Assembly: GCA_963728915.1 (NCBI GenBank)
Contig: CAVSLV010000004.1
Coordinates: 384,001 to 448,000, forward strand
Source: an uncultured Gemmatimonadales bacterium
GTDB lineage: Bacteria; Gemmatimonadota; Gemmatimonadetes; Gemmatimonadales; GWC2-71-9
Length of the DNA: 64,000 nucleotides
Direction of reading: 5' to 3'
Of the stretch, positions 31,245 to 40,696 are shown piece by piece. The first letter of the stretch is position 1. The number at the start of each line of letters is the position of its first letter. Made by a program: the position numbers and the translations under genes. Below the pieces are notes generated by a model, which ran no database searches, was not told the DNA's origin, and worked only from the letters and a program-made list of their open reading frames with translations.

Positions 31245-34187
31245 ATGAAGGCACCCCTGTTCCGTTCCCTCTGGCTCCTTACGGCGGTTTCCCTGCACGC
31301 GCCGCGGCTCTTGTCGCAGCAGCGGATCGACGAGGAGTACACCAGGAAGATCAAGGAGTACCTGCAGGATTCCCGGATCACGACCGAGCTGGTGGATTAT
31401 CTGCCAGCCTCGAGCACCGTCCCGACCCCGCTCAAGTTTCTGGGCCGAATCGTCGGCACGCCCGGGGAGCTGACCCACGCCAAGGACATCGAGCGCTACT
31501 TCCAGGCCCTCGCCGCGGCTTCGCCCCGGGCCAGAATGTGGAACATCGGCAAGACCGAGGAAGGGCGTGATATCGTTCTCCTCGCCGTCGCCAATGAAGC
31601 CACGATCCGTGACCTGGATCGCTACAAGGGCATGCTGGGCGCCCTCACCGATCCCCGGAAGACCTCGGAGGCCTCGGCCCGGCAGCTGATCCACACCGCG
31701 AAGCCGATCTACTACGCGACCAGCGGGATGCACTCGCCGGAGAATGGCGGGCCGGAGATGCTGATGGAGCTGGCCTACCGCCTGATCGTCGACGAATCCC
31801 CCTTCATCAGGAACATCCGGGACAACGTGATCATGTTCATCACGCCGGTGCTGGAAGTCGATGGGCGGGAGAAGGACGTCGACACCTACTACTTCAACAA
31901 GGCGCGGGCCCAGGGAGACGCCCGGCTCCCCCTCATGTACTGGGGCAAGTACGTCGCTCACGACAACAACCGCGACGGCATGGGGCAGTTTCTCGAGCTG
32001 ACCCGGGCGGTCACCCGCACGGTGCTCGAGTGGAAGCCCACCATCCTGCACGACCTCCACGAGGCCCAGACCTACCTCTACGCCTCGACCGGGACCGGGC
32101 CCTACAACGAGCAGCTCGACCCCATCACGGTGGACGAGTGGTGGATGCTGGCCCAGAACGACGTGATGGAGATGACCAAGCGGGGGGTTCCCGGGGTCTG
32201 GACCTACGGGTTCTACGACGGCTGGGTCCCCAACTACATGTTCTTCATCGCCCATTCGCACAACGCGATCGGCCGGTTCTACGAGGTCCAGAGCTATGGA
32301 CCCGACAATTACGTGGTCCGGCCCGGCGCCACGACGACCAGCCGGGAATGGTTCCGTCCTAACCCGCCGCTTCCCCAGATCAACTGGGGCCCCCGCAACA
32401 ACACCAACATCCAGGAATCCGCGCTGCTGTTCGCGCTCTCGCACGTGGCCAAGAACAAGGAGCTCTACCTGGAGAACTACTGGCTCAAGAACAAGCGCTC
32501 GGTCGAGAAGGGGAAGAACGGGCCCACCTACGCCTGGGTGGTTCCCGCCGGCCAGCGTCGCAAGGCCGACGCGGCCGACGCGGTGAACGAGCTGCGCCGC
32601 CAGGGGCTGGAAGTGCAGACCGCGGCCGCCGGGTTCAAGGCCGGCAACGTGGAGGTCGCCCCGGGGGATTACATCATCCGGGCCGATCAGCCCTACCGCA
32701 CCCTGGCGGACATGTACTTCTCGCTCCAGAACTATGCCCCCGCCAATCCGGCCCCCTACGACGACACCGGCTGGACCTTTCAGCTCATGCGGGACGTCGT
32801 GATCGACCCGATCGGCGACAAGACCATCCTCGATCAGAAGATGAACCCGGTGACCGGAGAGGTGCACGCGGCGGGAGGCATTACCGGCAGCGGTTCGGTG
32901 CTGGTGGTCGAGCACACCAGCGACAACAACCTGGTGAGCTTCCGCTACAAGCTGGGCAACGTTCCCATGCAGGCCGCCGAGGAGGACTTCGAGGCGGGCG
33001 GTCACCGGTTCCGGGCCGGCGCGATCGTCATCGCCAATGCCGATCGGGCCCGGATCGAGCCGCTGCTCAGGGACCTGGGCCTCTCGGCCTGGGCGATGGC
33101 TTCCGCTCCGGGCGTAAAGACCCACGACCTGGACCTTCCCCGGATCGGGTACGTCCACAGCTGGCAGCGGACCCAGGATGAAGGGTGGGTTCGCGCCGCG
33201 CTCGATACCTACGGGGTTCCTTACACCTACTTCGCCGATCAGAAGTTGCGGGACGGCAACCTTCGCTCGAAGTACGACGTGATCATCTTCCCCAGCGTCG
33301 GCGGCAGCGCGCAGTCCCAGGTCAACGGGATTCCCATGTCCGGCAAGACTCCATTGCCCTATCAGAAGAGCGATAAGTACCCGAGCCTCGGTGCGCTCGA
33401 TCAGAGCGACGATATTCGGGGCGGGATGGGGATCGAAGGATTGATGGAGCTCTACAAGTTCGTGCAGGAGGGGGGAACCCTGATCACCGAGGGCTCCACC
33501 GCGACGATCTTCCCGGAATACAATCTGACTCCGGGTGTCACGGTCGAGACCCCATCCGGGCTCTTTGCCCGGGGATCGATCCTCCGGGGAATGATCGCTG
33601 ATCCCAAGAGTCCGCTGGTTTACGGCTACGAGGGCACTTCGCTCCCGGTCTACTTCAATCAGACGCCGGTGCTCAACGCGGGCGGGATCTTCGGTGGTGG
33701 CTTTGCGGGATTCGGTGGCGGCGGCGCCGCGGGCCTTTCCCAGAACGTGACGCCGATGGCGAGTCGGCTGAAGCTCTCACAATACGGTGCAAGCCCGGAG
33801 ACCTCGACCGCCGAGCCAGGCGGGGGTGGGGCAGGGGGTGGACGCGGCGCCGGCGGCGGGGGCGGTGGCTTTGGCGGGTTCAGTCAGTTCGCCGCGCAAT
33901 CGGCGGCGGAACGGCCCCGCGTCGTGATGCAGTTCCCGAGCAACGTGGACGAGATGCTGCTTTCCGGGACGCTCGCCGGCGGCCAGGGACTCGCAGGTCG
34001 AGCCCAGCTGGTCGATGCTCCCCTGGGCAAGGGTCACGTCGTGATGTTCGCGCTGCGTCCCTTCTGGCGCTGGCAGACCCAGGGCACCTTCATGCTCGGC
34101 TTCAACGCCATCATGAACTGGAACGACCTGGATGCCGGCCGCGCCGCCGGTGGACCGCGGGCAGTCGGGGGCGGGGCGCCGTTCTAG
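31245..34187 (+). CDS. M14 family zinc carboxypeptidase, secreted
   Basis: Signal peptide; HSPE, DNNRD and HDLHE motifs; Gly-rich inserts. Confidence 0.88.
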   Translation: MKAPLFRSLWLLTAVSLHAPRLLSQQRIDEEYTRKIKEYLQDSRITTELVDYLPASSTVPTPLKFLGRIVGTPGELTHAKDIERYFQALAAASPRARMWNIGKTEEGRDIVLLAVANEATIRDLDRYKGMLGALTDPRKTSEASARQLIHTAKPIYYATSGMHSPENGGPEMLMELAYRLIVDESPFIRNIRDNVIMFITPVLEVDGREKDVDTYYFNKARAQGDARLPLMYWGKYVAHDNNRDGMGQFLELTRAVTRTVLEWKPTILHDLHEAQTYLYASTGTGPYNEQLDPITVDEWWMLAQNDVMEMTKRGVPGVWTYGFYDGWVPNYMFFIAHSHNAIGRFYEVQSYGPDNYVVRPGATTTSREWFRPNPPLPQINWGPRNNTNIQESALLFALSHVAKNKELYLENYWLKNKRSVEKGKNGPTYAWVVPAGQRRKADAADAVNELRRQGLEVQTAAAGFKAGNVEVAPGDYIIRADQPYRTLADMYFSLQNYAPANPAPYDDTGWTFQLMRDVVIDPIGDKTILDQKMNPVTGEVHAAGGITGSGSVLVVEHTSDNNLVSFRYKLGNVPMQAAEEDFEAGGHRFRAGAIVIANADRARIEPLLRDLGLSAWAMASAPGVKTHDLDLPRIGYVHSWQRTQDEGWVRAALDTYGVPYTYFADQKLRDGNLRSKYDVIIFPSVGGSAQSQVNGIPMSGKTPLPYQKSDKYPSLGALDQSDDIRGGMGIEGLMELYKFVQEGGTLITEGSTATIFPEYNLTPGVTVETPSGLFARGSILRGMIADPKSPLVYGYEGTSLPVYFNQTPVLNAGGIFGGGFAGFGGGGAAGLSQNVTPMASRLKLSQYGASPETSTAEPGGGGAGGGRGAGGGGGGFGGFSQFAAQSAAERPRVVMQFPSNVDEMLLSGTLAGGQGLAGRAQLVDAPLGKGHVVMFALRPFWRWQTQGTFMLGFNAIMNWNDLDAGRAAGGPRAVGGGAPF

Positions 34188-34233
34188 GGGACGACCGACG
34201 GTCGTCAGTCGCTGCCAGGGCGTCGAACCGGTC

Positions 34234-34518
34234 CTACCGGTCCTTCCGGTAGAGCCGGCGCAGCTCTCCCTTGGCGGATTCCAGTTTGCGCTTCCGGGCG
34301 GCCGAGAGCTGGGATCCGGCGCGGTTGATGTAGAAGGTCAACATGGACATTGCGGATCGGTAAGGATCGCTCTTCCGGCGCTTGCTTCGTTCCGCCGAGC
34401 GCTTGAGCGAGCGCGCGATCCCCTTGGGGTCCCGGGTGAAGACCCCGCGGTCCAGATCGAGCGCGTTGCTCTCCCGGGTAACTCGCTGGGACCAGCGACG
34501 TTTTGAGGTGGCGGCCAT
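34234..34518 (-). CDS. DUF3175 family small basic protein
   Basis: RWSQRVT.ESNALDL and SAMSMLTFYINRAG motifs. Confidence 0.85.
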   Translation of the reverse strand: MAATSKRRWSQRVTRESNALDLDRGVFTRDPKGIARSLKRSAERSKRRKSDPYRSAMSMLTFYINRAGSQLSAARKRKLESAKGELRRLYRKDR

Positions 34519-34606
34519 CACAGTCTCCCCATCCATTCCTGTCTGACTTCGGGCCCTGCTTCCCTGTATATTCCGCGGTCAGCTTCCTCCAGACTTCCGG
34601 CCCGGC

Positions 34607-36403
34607 ATGCAACCCACAGACGTCCGCAATCCGAGTTACTACCACAAGGTGGTGGATTGTCAGTGGGCGTGCCCCGCCCACACCAATGTCCCCGAGTATC
34701 TCCGGCTGATTGGCCAGGGTCGCTACACCGAATCGTATCTCCTGAACCGGGAATCGAACGTCTTCCCGGGTATTCTGGGCCGCACCTGCGACCGCCCTTG
34801 CGAGCCGGCCTGCCGTCGCACCCGGGTGGACGGCAAACCGGTCGCCATCTGCCGCCTCAAACGGGTCGCCGCCGATCTCCGGGGTGACATCAGCGAGCAG
34901 CTGCCCGGTCGTGCCGAATCTCCCAACGGAAAGCGGGTGGCCCTCATCGGGGCCGGTCCCGCCTCGCTCACGGTCGCCAACGACCTGCTGCCCCTGGGCT
35001 ACGAGTGCGTGATCTACGAGAAGCTCGCCCGCCCCGGGGGGCTCATGCGCACCAACATTCCGGCGTTCCGGCTGCCCGCCGCTGTCCTCGACGAGGAGAT
35101 CGGCTATATCCTCGACCTTGGTGCCGAGGTGCGGTACGAGACACCGGTCGGCAGCATGAAGGAACTCCTCGCCGAGGGGTACGATGCCGTCTTCGTCGGC
35201 AGCGGCGCCCCCAAGGGGAAAGAGCTGGATGTTCCGGGCCGCTGGGACACCGATCGGATCCAGATCGGCATCGAGTTTCTCGAAGGAGTGCATTTCGGAC
35301 ACATCGAGAAGATCGGTGAGCGGGTTCTGATCATCGGGGTGGGGAACACCGCGATGGACTGCTGCCGCACCTCGCGCCGGTTGGGCGGCACCGACATCAA
35401 GGTGATCGCCCGGCGCTCCCGGCCCTACTTCAAGGCCTCTCCCTGGGAGCTGGAGGACGCGGAAGAGGAAGGCGTTCACATCGTCGAGAACCACGCCCCC
35501 AAACGGTTCGTGCTCGACGATGGCCGCCTGGTCGGAATGGAGTTCGACATCCTCCGCTGGACCGAGGTGAACGGCCGTCAGAAGAGCGAAGTGATCGACA
35601 CCGTGATCCTGCCCTGCGACGACGTCATCCTCGCGATCGGCCAGGAGAACGCGTTTCCCTGGATCGAGCGGGACATCGGCCTCGAGTTCAACGAGTGGGA
35701 CATGCCGGTGGTGGATCGTGCCACCACGCAATGCTCGCTTCCCGGCGTGTTCTTCGGCGGCGATGCGGCCTGGGGACCCGAGAACATCATCTGGGCGGTG
35801 GCGCACGGCCATCAGGCCGCGATCTCGATCCACAACCACTGCCGCGGCATTCCAGTGCACGAGCGTCCTCCCGAGGGAATGACCCTGGTCAGCTCCAAGG
35901 TCGGCATGCACTCGTGGAGCTACAGTAACGACTACAATCCCTCGCCCCGCGCCAGGATGCAGCACGCCGAGCTGGTCGAGCGATTCTCCAGTATCGCGGT
36001 GGAGGTCGAGCTGGGCTTCACCCCGGAGCAGACCGCCCGGGAAGTGGAGCGCTGCCTCAACTGCGACGTGCAGACCCATTTCAGCGCGCCGCTCTGCATC
36101 GAGTGCGACGCCTGTGTGGACGTGTGCCCGGTGAATTGCCTCACGATCGCGCCGAACGGCGCCGAGGAGGAAGTGCGGGCCCGGCTCTCCGCCCCGGCGG
36201 TGAATCCGGCCCAGGCTCTCTACGTATCCGACGCCCTTCCCCAGACCAGACGAGTGATGCTCAAGGACGAGGACCTCTGCCTGCACTGCGGGCTTTGCGC
36301 CGAGCGGTGCCCCACCGCGGCCTGGGACATGGCGCGTTTCGACCTGCGGATTCCCTACGCGGGAGGTGAGGCGGAACGGCTTCCTGCGGGAGCGGCAGCA
36401 TGA
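34607..36403 (+). CDS. GltD-like FAD/NAD(P)H oxidoreductase with C-terminal ferredoxin domain
   Basis: CQWACP, GRTCDRPCE, GAGPA, GVGNTAMD, CIECDACVDVCP and CLHCGLCAERCP motifs. Confidence 0.9.
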   Translation: MQPTDVRNPSYYHKVVDCQWACPAHTNVPEYLRLIGQGRYTESYLLNRESNVFPGILGRTCDRPCEPACRRTRVDGKPVAICRLKRVAADLRGDISEQLPGRAESPNGKRVALIGAGPASLTVANDLLPLGYECVIYEKLARPGGLMRTNIPAFRLPAAVLDEEIGYILDLGAEVRYETPVGSMKELLAEGYDAVFVGSGAPKGKELDVPGRWDTDRIQIGIEFLEGVHFGHIEKIGERVLIIGVGNTAMDCCRTSRRLGGTDIKVIARRSRPYFKASPWELEDAEEEGVHIVENHAPKRFVLDDGRLVGMEFDILRWTEVNGRQKSEVIDTVILPCDDVILAIGQENAFPWIERDIGLEFNEWDMPVVDRATTQCSLPGVFFGGDAAWGPENIIWAVAHGHQAAISIHNHCRGIPVHERPPEGMTLVSSKVGMHSWSYSNDYNPSPRARMQHAELVERFSSIAVEVELGFTPEQTAREVERCLNCDVQTHFSAPLCIECDACVDVCPVNCLTIAPNGAEEEVRARLSAPAVNPAQALYVSDALPQTRRVMLKDEDLCLHCGLCAERCPTAAWDMARFDLRIPYAGGEAERLPAGAAA

Positions 36404-38202
36404 CCCCGCGGGTCAACGATTTCGCCCTCAAGATCGCCACGGTCAACGGCACCGGCTCGGCGAGCGCCAATACCCTGCTCATGCAGGCCATCTTCCGGAT
36501 GGGGGTGCCGGTGTCGGGCAAGAACCTGTTCCCCTCCAACATCCAGGGGCTCCCGACCTGGTACGAGATCCGGGTGAGCGGAGAGGGGTACACCGCCCGG
36601 CCCGCCGCGGTCGATCTCGTGGTGGCGATGAATCCTTCCACCTATCCGCAGGACGTGGCGGCGGTGCGACCGGGCGGCTACCTCCTGTACGACGACTCCT
36701 GGCCGCTCGATCCGGAGCTGCTCCGGGACGACGTGACCGTGTTAGGAGCCCCCTTCGGGCGGATGTGCGTCGAGGCGTTCACCGGCGACCGGGAGCGGAC
36801 CCTGCTGCGCAACATCGTGTACACCGGCGCCATCGCCGCCCTGATCGAGCTGGACATGGCGGTGGTGGACGCCGCCCTGAAGGAAACGTTCGGGCGAAAA
36901 CCGAAGCTGCTCGACGCCAACTTCCGCGCCGTCCGGCTCGGGTACGACTATGCCCGGTCCGAGCTCGAATGCCCCCTGCCGATCCGGCTGGCGCCCATGG
37001 ACGCCACGTCGCGGCACATCCTGATCGACGGCAACACCTCGGCCGCCCTGGGCTGCCTCTACGCCGGCGCCACGGTCGGCGCCTGGTACCCGATCACCCC
37101 GGCCACTTCCCTGATGGAATCCTTCCGCGGCTTCTGCGAGCGCTTCCGGGTCGATCCGGAGACCGGAGAGCGGAGGTTCTGCATCGTGCAGGCGGAGGAT
37201 GAGCTCGCGGCGGCGGGCGTGGTCATCGGCGCCAACTGGGCCGGGGCCCGCGCCTTTACGCCCACCGCTGGTCCGGGCATCTCCCTGATGCAGGAGTTCA
37301 TCGGGCTGGCCTACTACACCGAGGTCCCGGCGGTCTTCTTCGACGTCCAGCGCGCCGGCCCCTCGACCGGGATGCCGACCCGGACCCAGCAGAGCGATCT
37401 CCTGTCCCTTGCCTATGCCTCGCACGGTGACACCAAGCACATCGTGCTGTTTCCGGCCAATCCGGAGGAATGCTTCCACTTTGCGGTGCAGGCCTTCGAC
37501 CTCGCCGACCGGTTCCAGACCCCGGTGTTCGTCGCGTCGGACCTCGACATCGGCATGAACGACTGGATGTGCCCGCGCCTCGAGTGGGACGATGCTTTCC
37601 GGCCCGATCGCGGCAAGGTTCTTGGCAAGGAGGAGCTGGCGGGGCTGGACCGGTTCTTCCGGTATCTGGACACCGACGGTGACGGGATCGCCGCCCGGAC
37701 CCTCCCTGGCGTCGATCCCAAGGGTTCCTATTTCGTGCGGGGCTCGGGCCACGATCGCTACGGCGCCTACACCGAAGACGCCGACGCCTACCGCGACGTG
37801 ATGGACCGGCTGTCCCGGAAGCTCGCTTCCGCGGGAGAAGCGGTTCCCGAGCCGGAAACCCAACCGGGGGAGAGCGCCGAGCTCGGGATCATCACGATCG
37901 GCGGATGTCGCGCCGCGGTGCTCGAGGCCCTGGACCGGTTGCGGGAGCAGGGAATCGCCCTCAACTACCTCCGGGTGCGGGGGTTCCCCTTCGGCGCGAC
38001 GGTCCAGGAGTTTCTCGATCGCCACGAGCGCTGTTTCGTGGTGGAGCAGAATCGCGACAGCCAGCTGCGGACCCTGCTCATGGCGGAAATCGGCGTGGCC
38101 CGGGACCGGATGATCCCGGTGGTGGAGTACGGCGGATTGCCGCTCACCGCGGACTTCGTGGTGGAGCAAGTGACCACCTGGCTCGCGGAGGCCTCGGTAT
38201 GA
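36400..38202 (+). CDS. korA: 2-oxoacid:acceptor oxidoreductase subunit alpha
   Basis: YPITPATS, QAEDE, GPGISL and QRAGPSTGMPT motifs. Confidence 0.92.
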   Translation: MTPRVNDFALKIATVNGTGSASANTLLMQAIFRMGVPVSGKNLFPSNIQGLPTWYEIRVSGEGYTARPAAVDLVVAMNPSTYPQDVAAVRPGGYLLYDDSWPLDPELLRDDVTVLGAPFGRMCVEAFTGDRERTLLRNIVYTGAIAALIELDMAVVDAALKETFGRKPKLLDANFRAVRLGYDYARSELECPLPIRLAPMDATSRHILIDGNTSAALGCLYAGATVGAWYPITPATSLMESFRGFCERFRVDPETGERRFCIVQAEDELAAAGVVIGANWAGARAFTPTAGPGISLMQEFIGLAYYTEVPAVFFDVQRAGPSTGMPTRTQQSDLLSLAYASHGDTKHIVLFPANPEECFHFAVQAFDLADRFQTPVFVASDLDIGMNDWMCPRLEWDDAFRPDRGKVLGKEELAGLDRFFRYLDTDGDGIAARTLPGVDPKGSYFVRGSGHDRYGAYTEDADAYRDVMDRLSRKLASAGEAVPEPETQPGESAELGIITIGGCRAAVLEALDRLREQGIALNYLRVRGFPFGATVQEFLDRHERCFVVEQNRDSQLRTLLMAEIGVARDRMIPVVEYGGLPLTADFVVEQVTTWLAEASV

Positions 38203-39260
38203 CTTCGATTCCCAAGCCGCCGGTTCGCCACCCGGCGCTGGCCCGGAATGCCCTGGGCCTTACCCGCCGCGACTACGAGGGGGCCATGTCCACTCTCTGC
38301 GCCGGCTGCGGCCATGATTCGATCACCGCGGCGCTGGTGCAGGCGTTCTTCGAGCTCGATCTCCCGCCCCACCGGGCGGTGAAGCTGAGCGGGATCGGCT
38401 GCTCCTCCAAGACCACCGCCTACTTCCTGCGCCAGTCCCATGGGTTCAATTCGGTCCACGGGCGGATGCCCGCGGTGGCCACCGGCGCCAACGCGGCCAA
38501 CCGGGACCTGGTGGCCATCGGGATCTCGGGCGACGGCGACTCGCTGTCCATCGGGTTAGGCCAGTTCTGCCACGCGATCCGCCGGAACGTGAGCCTGACC
38601 TACGTGCTGGAGAACAACGGCGTTTACGGTCTCACCAAGGGGCAGTTTTCCGCTTCGGCCGACGTCGGGTCCAAATCCAAACGGGGTGAGCCCAATGCCC
38701 AGCGCCCGATCGATCCGGTGCTGCTGGCCCTGACGCTGGGCGCCAGCTTCGTGGCCCGGAGCTTCTCGGGCGACAAGGCGCAGCTGGTCCCGATTCTCAA
38801 GGCCGGTCTCCGCCACCGCGGCTTCGCCTTCATCGACGTGATCTCGCCCTGCGTGACCTTCAACGATCACGAGGGGTCCACCAAGAGCTACCGTTTCACC
38901 CGGGAGCACGCCCACGAGGTGGCGCCGGTCGATTTCGTCCCGATCGTGACCGAGATCGTCGTCCCCGGGAACGGGAGGGGAAGCGCGACGATGGACGTCG
39001 CGATGCACGATGGAAGCGTGGTGCGTTTCCGGAAGGTGGAGGACGACTACGATCCGACCGATCGCGAGGCCGCGTACGCCTACGTCCGGGCCCGGCAGGA
39101 GGCGGGAGAGGTGGTGACGGGGCTGCTCTATCTGGAGGAGGGGGCGCCCGACATGCACGGAATCAACCGCACCGTCGCGCGTCCCCTCGCGGAACTACCC
39201 TATCAGGAACTCTGTCCCGGCAACGCCGCCCTGCAGGCGTTGCTGGATGAATTCCGCTGA
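38199..39260 (+). CDS. korB: 2-oxoacid:ferredoxin oxidoreductase subunit beta
   Basis: LCAGCG, SGIGCS, GDGD and NGVYGLTKGQ motifs; ATGA overlap. Confidence 0.92.
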   Translation: MTSIPKPPVRHPALARNALGLTRRDYEGAMSTLCAGCGHDSITAALVQAFFELDLPPHRAVKLSGIGCSSKTTAYFLRQSHGFNSVHGRMPAVATGANAANRDLVAIGISGDGDSLSIGLGQFCHAIRRNVSLTYVLENNGVYGLTKGQFSASADVGSKSKRGEPNAQRPIDPVLLALTLGASFVARSFSGDKAQLVPILKAGLRHRGFAFIDVISPCVTFNDHEGSTKSYRFTREHAHEVAPVDFVPIVTEIVVPGNGRGSATMDVAMHDGSVVRFRKVEDDYDPTDREAAYAYVRARQEAGEVVTGLLYLEEGAPDMHGINRTVARPLAELPYQELCPGNAALQALLDEFR

Positions 39261-39262
39261 GC

Positions 39263-39472
39263 CTACCGCTTCCCGCGCTTGCCGCCCTGGCTCTTGAGCC
39301 AGCGTTCGGCGGCGAGGCGGGCCTTGTTCGATCCGCCGTACACCGCGTCGGAAAACAGCTTGCTCTTGAATCTCCGGCTCTTGGTGTCGGGATTCACCTT
39401 TCCAAACGGGATGCGTGCCTGCCATCCCTTCGTGTTGGATTGCTTCGAACGAACCCGGACGATCCAGCTCAA
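39263..39472 (-). CDS. Small basic protein resembling a stand-alone AP2-type DNA-binding domain
   Basis: GWQARI...KLFSD..YGG..KA..AA pattern; TTG start. Confidence 0.55.
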   Translation of the reverse strand: MSWIVRVRSKQSNTKGWQARIPFGKVNPDTKSRRFKSKLFSDAVYGGSNKARLAAERWLKSQGGKRGKR

Positions 39473-39586
39473 GGTCGGCCTCCCCGTCGAAAATGGTCGC
39501 TGCCGGTAAGATAAGACATCGAGGGTCCGGCAACAGGCTTGCGGTTTAGGCTAACCGGTGGGGCGGGGACGCCGCCAGCCCGCGAC

Positions 39587-40666
39587 TCAGCTCCATGCAC
39601 CGAGCGGGGTGGTCCGCCGGAGCGCCTCCGGGTGGCGCCGGAACCAGCTCATCACCAGCAGCATCTCGTCGATACACTCGGCCGGGAGCGGCCCCGGCGG
39701 CTCCGGCGTCGCCCGCTCGGCGGCGACGACCGCCTGGAACGCCTCGCGCTCGATCGGGGTCGACGGCCACGGGTAGCTGGTCCGGACCACGCCCCGCCGG
39801 ATCAGATAGGCCCGATCGTCCCCGTGCGAGCCCGGCTGGTGGTAGACGAAGCTCAGAAGCTCGACCGCCGCGCGGGCCCGGGTGGTCGCCGCCAGCAGCC
39901 ACTCCAGGGCCTCGAACTTCTCCCGCCAGCGGGCCGCGACTTCGAAGGCTCCCTGCTCGGCCGCTTGCGCCATCCCGGCGACAATCCGATCGATCGGAAC
40001 GATCGAGCGTCCCTCCAGGAAATCCACCGCGTGGGCCACCCGCTCCTGATAACCCGCATGGCTGACCAGTCCCGCGCAGGGACCGGTGCAGAGTCCAAGC
40101 TCGTAGCGCGAGCAGCCGGCCTGGCGCGCCGACCCGAACAGGTCGCCCTGCTCGGCGAACACCATCGGCATCTGCTGGCGGCAGTCGCGGAGCCCGAGCA
40201 GATCCGAGAGCACCCGAATGGCATCCCGGGCCCGGGACGGTGACCCCAGCGGTCCGTAGTGAGCCGCGTTCGACGACGAGGGGCGGCTGGTACAGGTCAG
40301 CCGGGCCGCCGCCTCACCCGACACGGCCACGAACCCGACCCGCCGGTATCGGTTCATGTGCACGTTGTACGGTGGGCGCCATTTGCGAATGTCCCGGAGC
40401 TCCGCCAAATGCGCCGCGAACTCGCTCGGCACGTATTCCCACGCGATATCCGCCGAGGATTGGAGGATTCGGGCGGCCTTCTCGTCCCGGGGAGCCCTGA
40501 AGTAGGAAAGCAGACGGACTCTGATGCGTTTGGCCTTGCCGACGTAGAGGACCCGGCCGGCCCCGTCCAGCATGCGGTAGACGCCGGGGCGGGGCTCCGC
40601 GAGAGCCTTGACCTTGGCGGACAGGCGGGCCGGCGGACCGGCGGACAGTGGGAGCGCGATCGTCAT
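39587..40666 (-). CDS. UvrC-like GIY-YIG nuclease with UVR domain (short, Cho-like)
   Basis: PGVYRM..LYVGKAK..R.RL.SYF, PPYN, C...C.GPC and AFEVAARWR motifs. Confidence 0.85.
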   Translation of the reverse strand: MTIALPLSAGPPARLSAKVKALAEPRPGVYRMLDGAGRVLYVGKAKRIRVRLLSYFRAPRDEKAARILQSSADIAWEYVPSEFAAHLAELRDIRKWRPPYNVHMNRYRRVGFVAVSGEAAARLTCTSRPSSSNAAHYGPLGSPSRARDAIRVLSDLLGLRDCRQQMPMVFAEQGDLFGSARQAGCSRYELGLCTGPCAGLVSHAGYQERVAHAVDFLEGRSIVPIDRIVAGMAQAAEQGAFEVAARWREKFEALEWLLAATTRARAAVELLSFVYHQPGSHGDDRAYLIRRGVVRTSYPWPSTPIEREAFQAVVAAERATPEPPGPLPAECIDEMLLVMSWFRRHPEALRRTTPLGAWS

Positions 40667-40696
40667 TCCGCCGGTCCGCCCGCCCGCCTGTCCGCC
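40616..40696. repeat. 30-bp inverted repeat built from GGCGGAC(A/C)-type 8-mers, 21-nt loop
   Basis: 40616-40645 matches the reverse complement of 40667-40696 at 29/30 positions. Confidence 0.92.

Noticed and set aside
31077..33158. N-terminal extension of the 940-aa ORF 30336..33158
   Set aside because: It is antisense to the M14 peptidase; only the part from ATG 31076 looks like a real protein.
33700..33890. G-rich tracts in the M14 peptidase as members of the repeat family
   Set aside because: They are explained by Gly-rich codons, with no fixed-period unit and no complementary arm.
34189..34206. Small GACGACC/GGTCGTC hairpin as intrinsic terminator
   Set aside because: Short stem without a U-tract; too weak to call.
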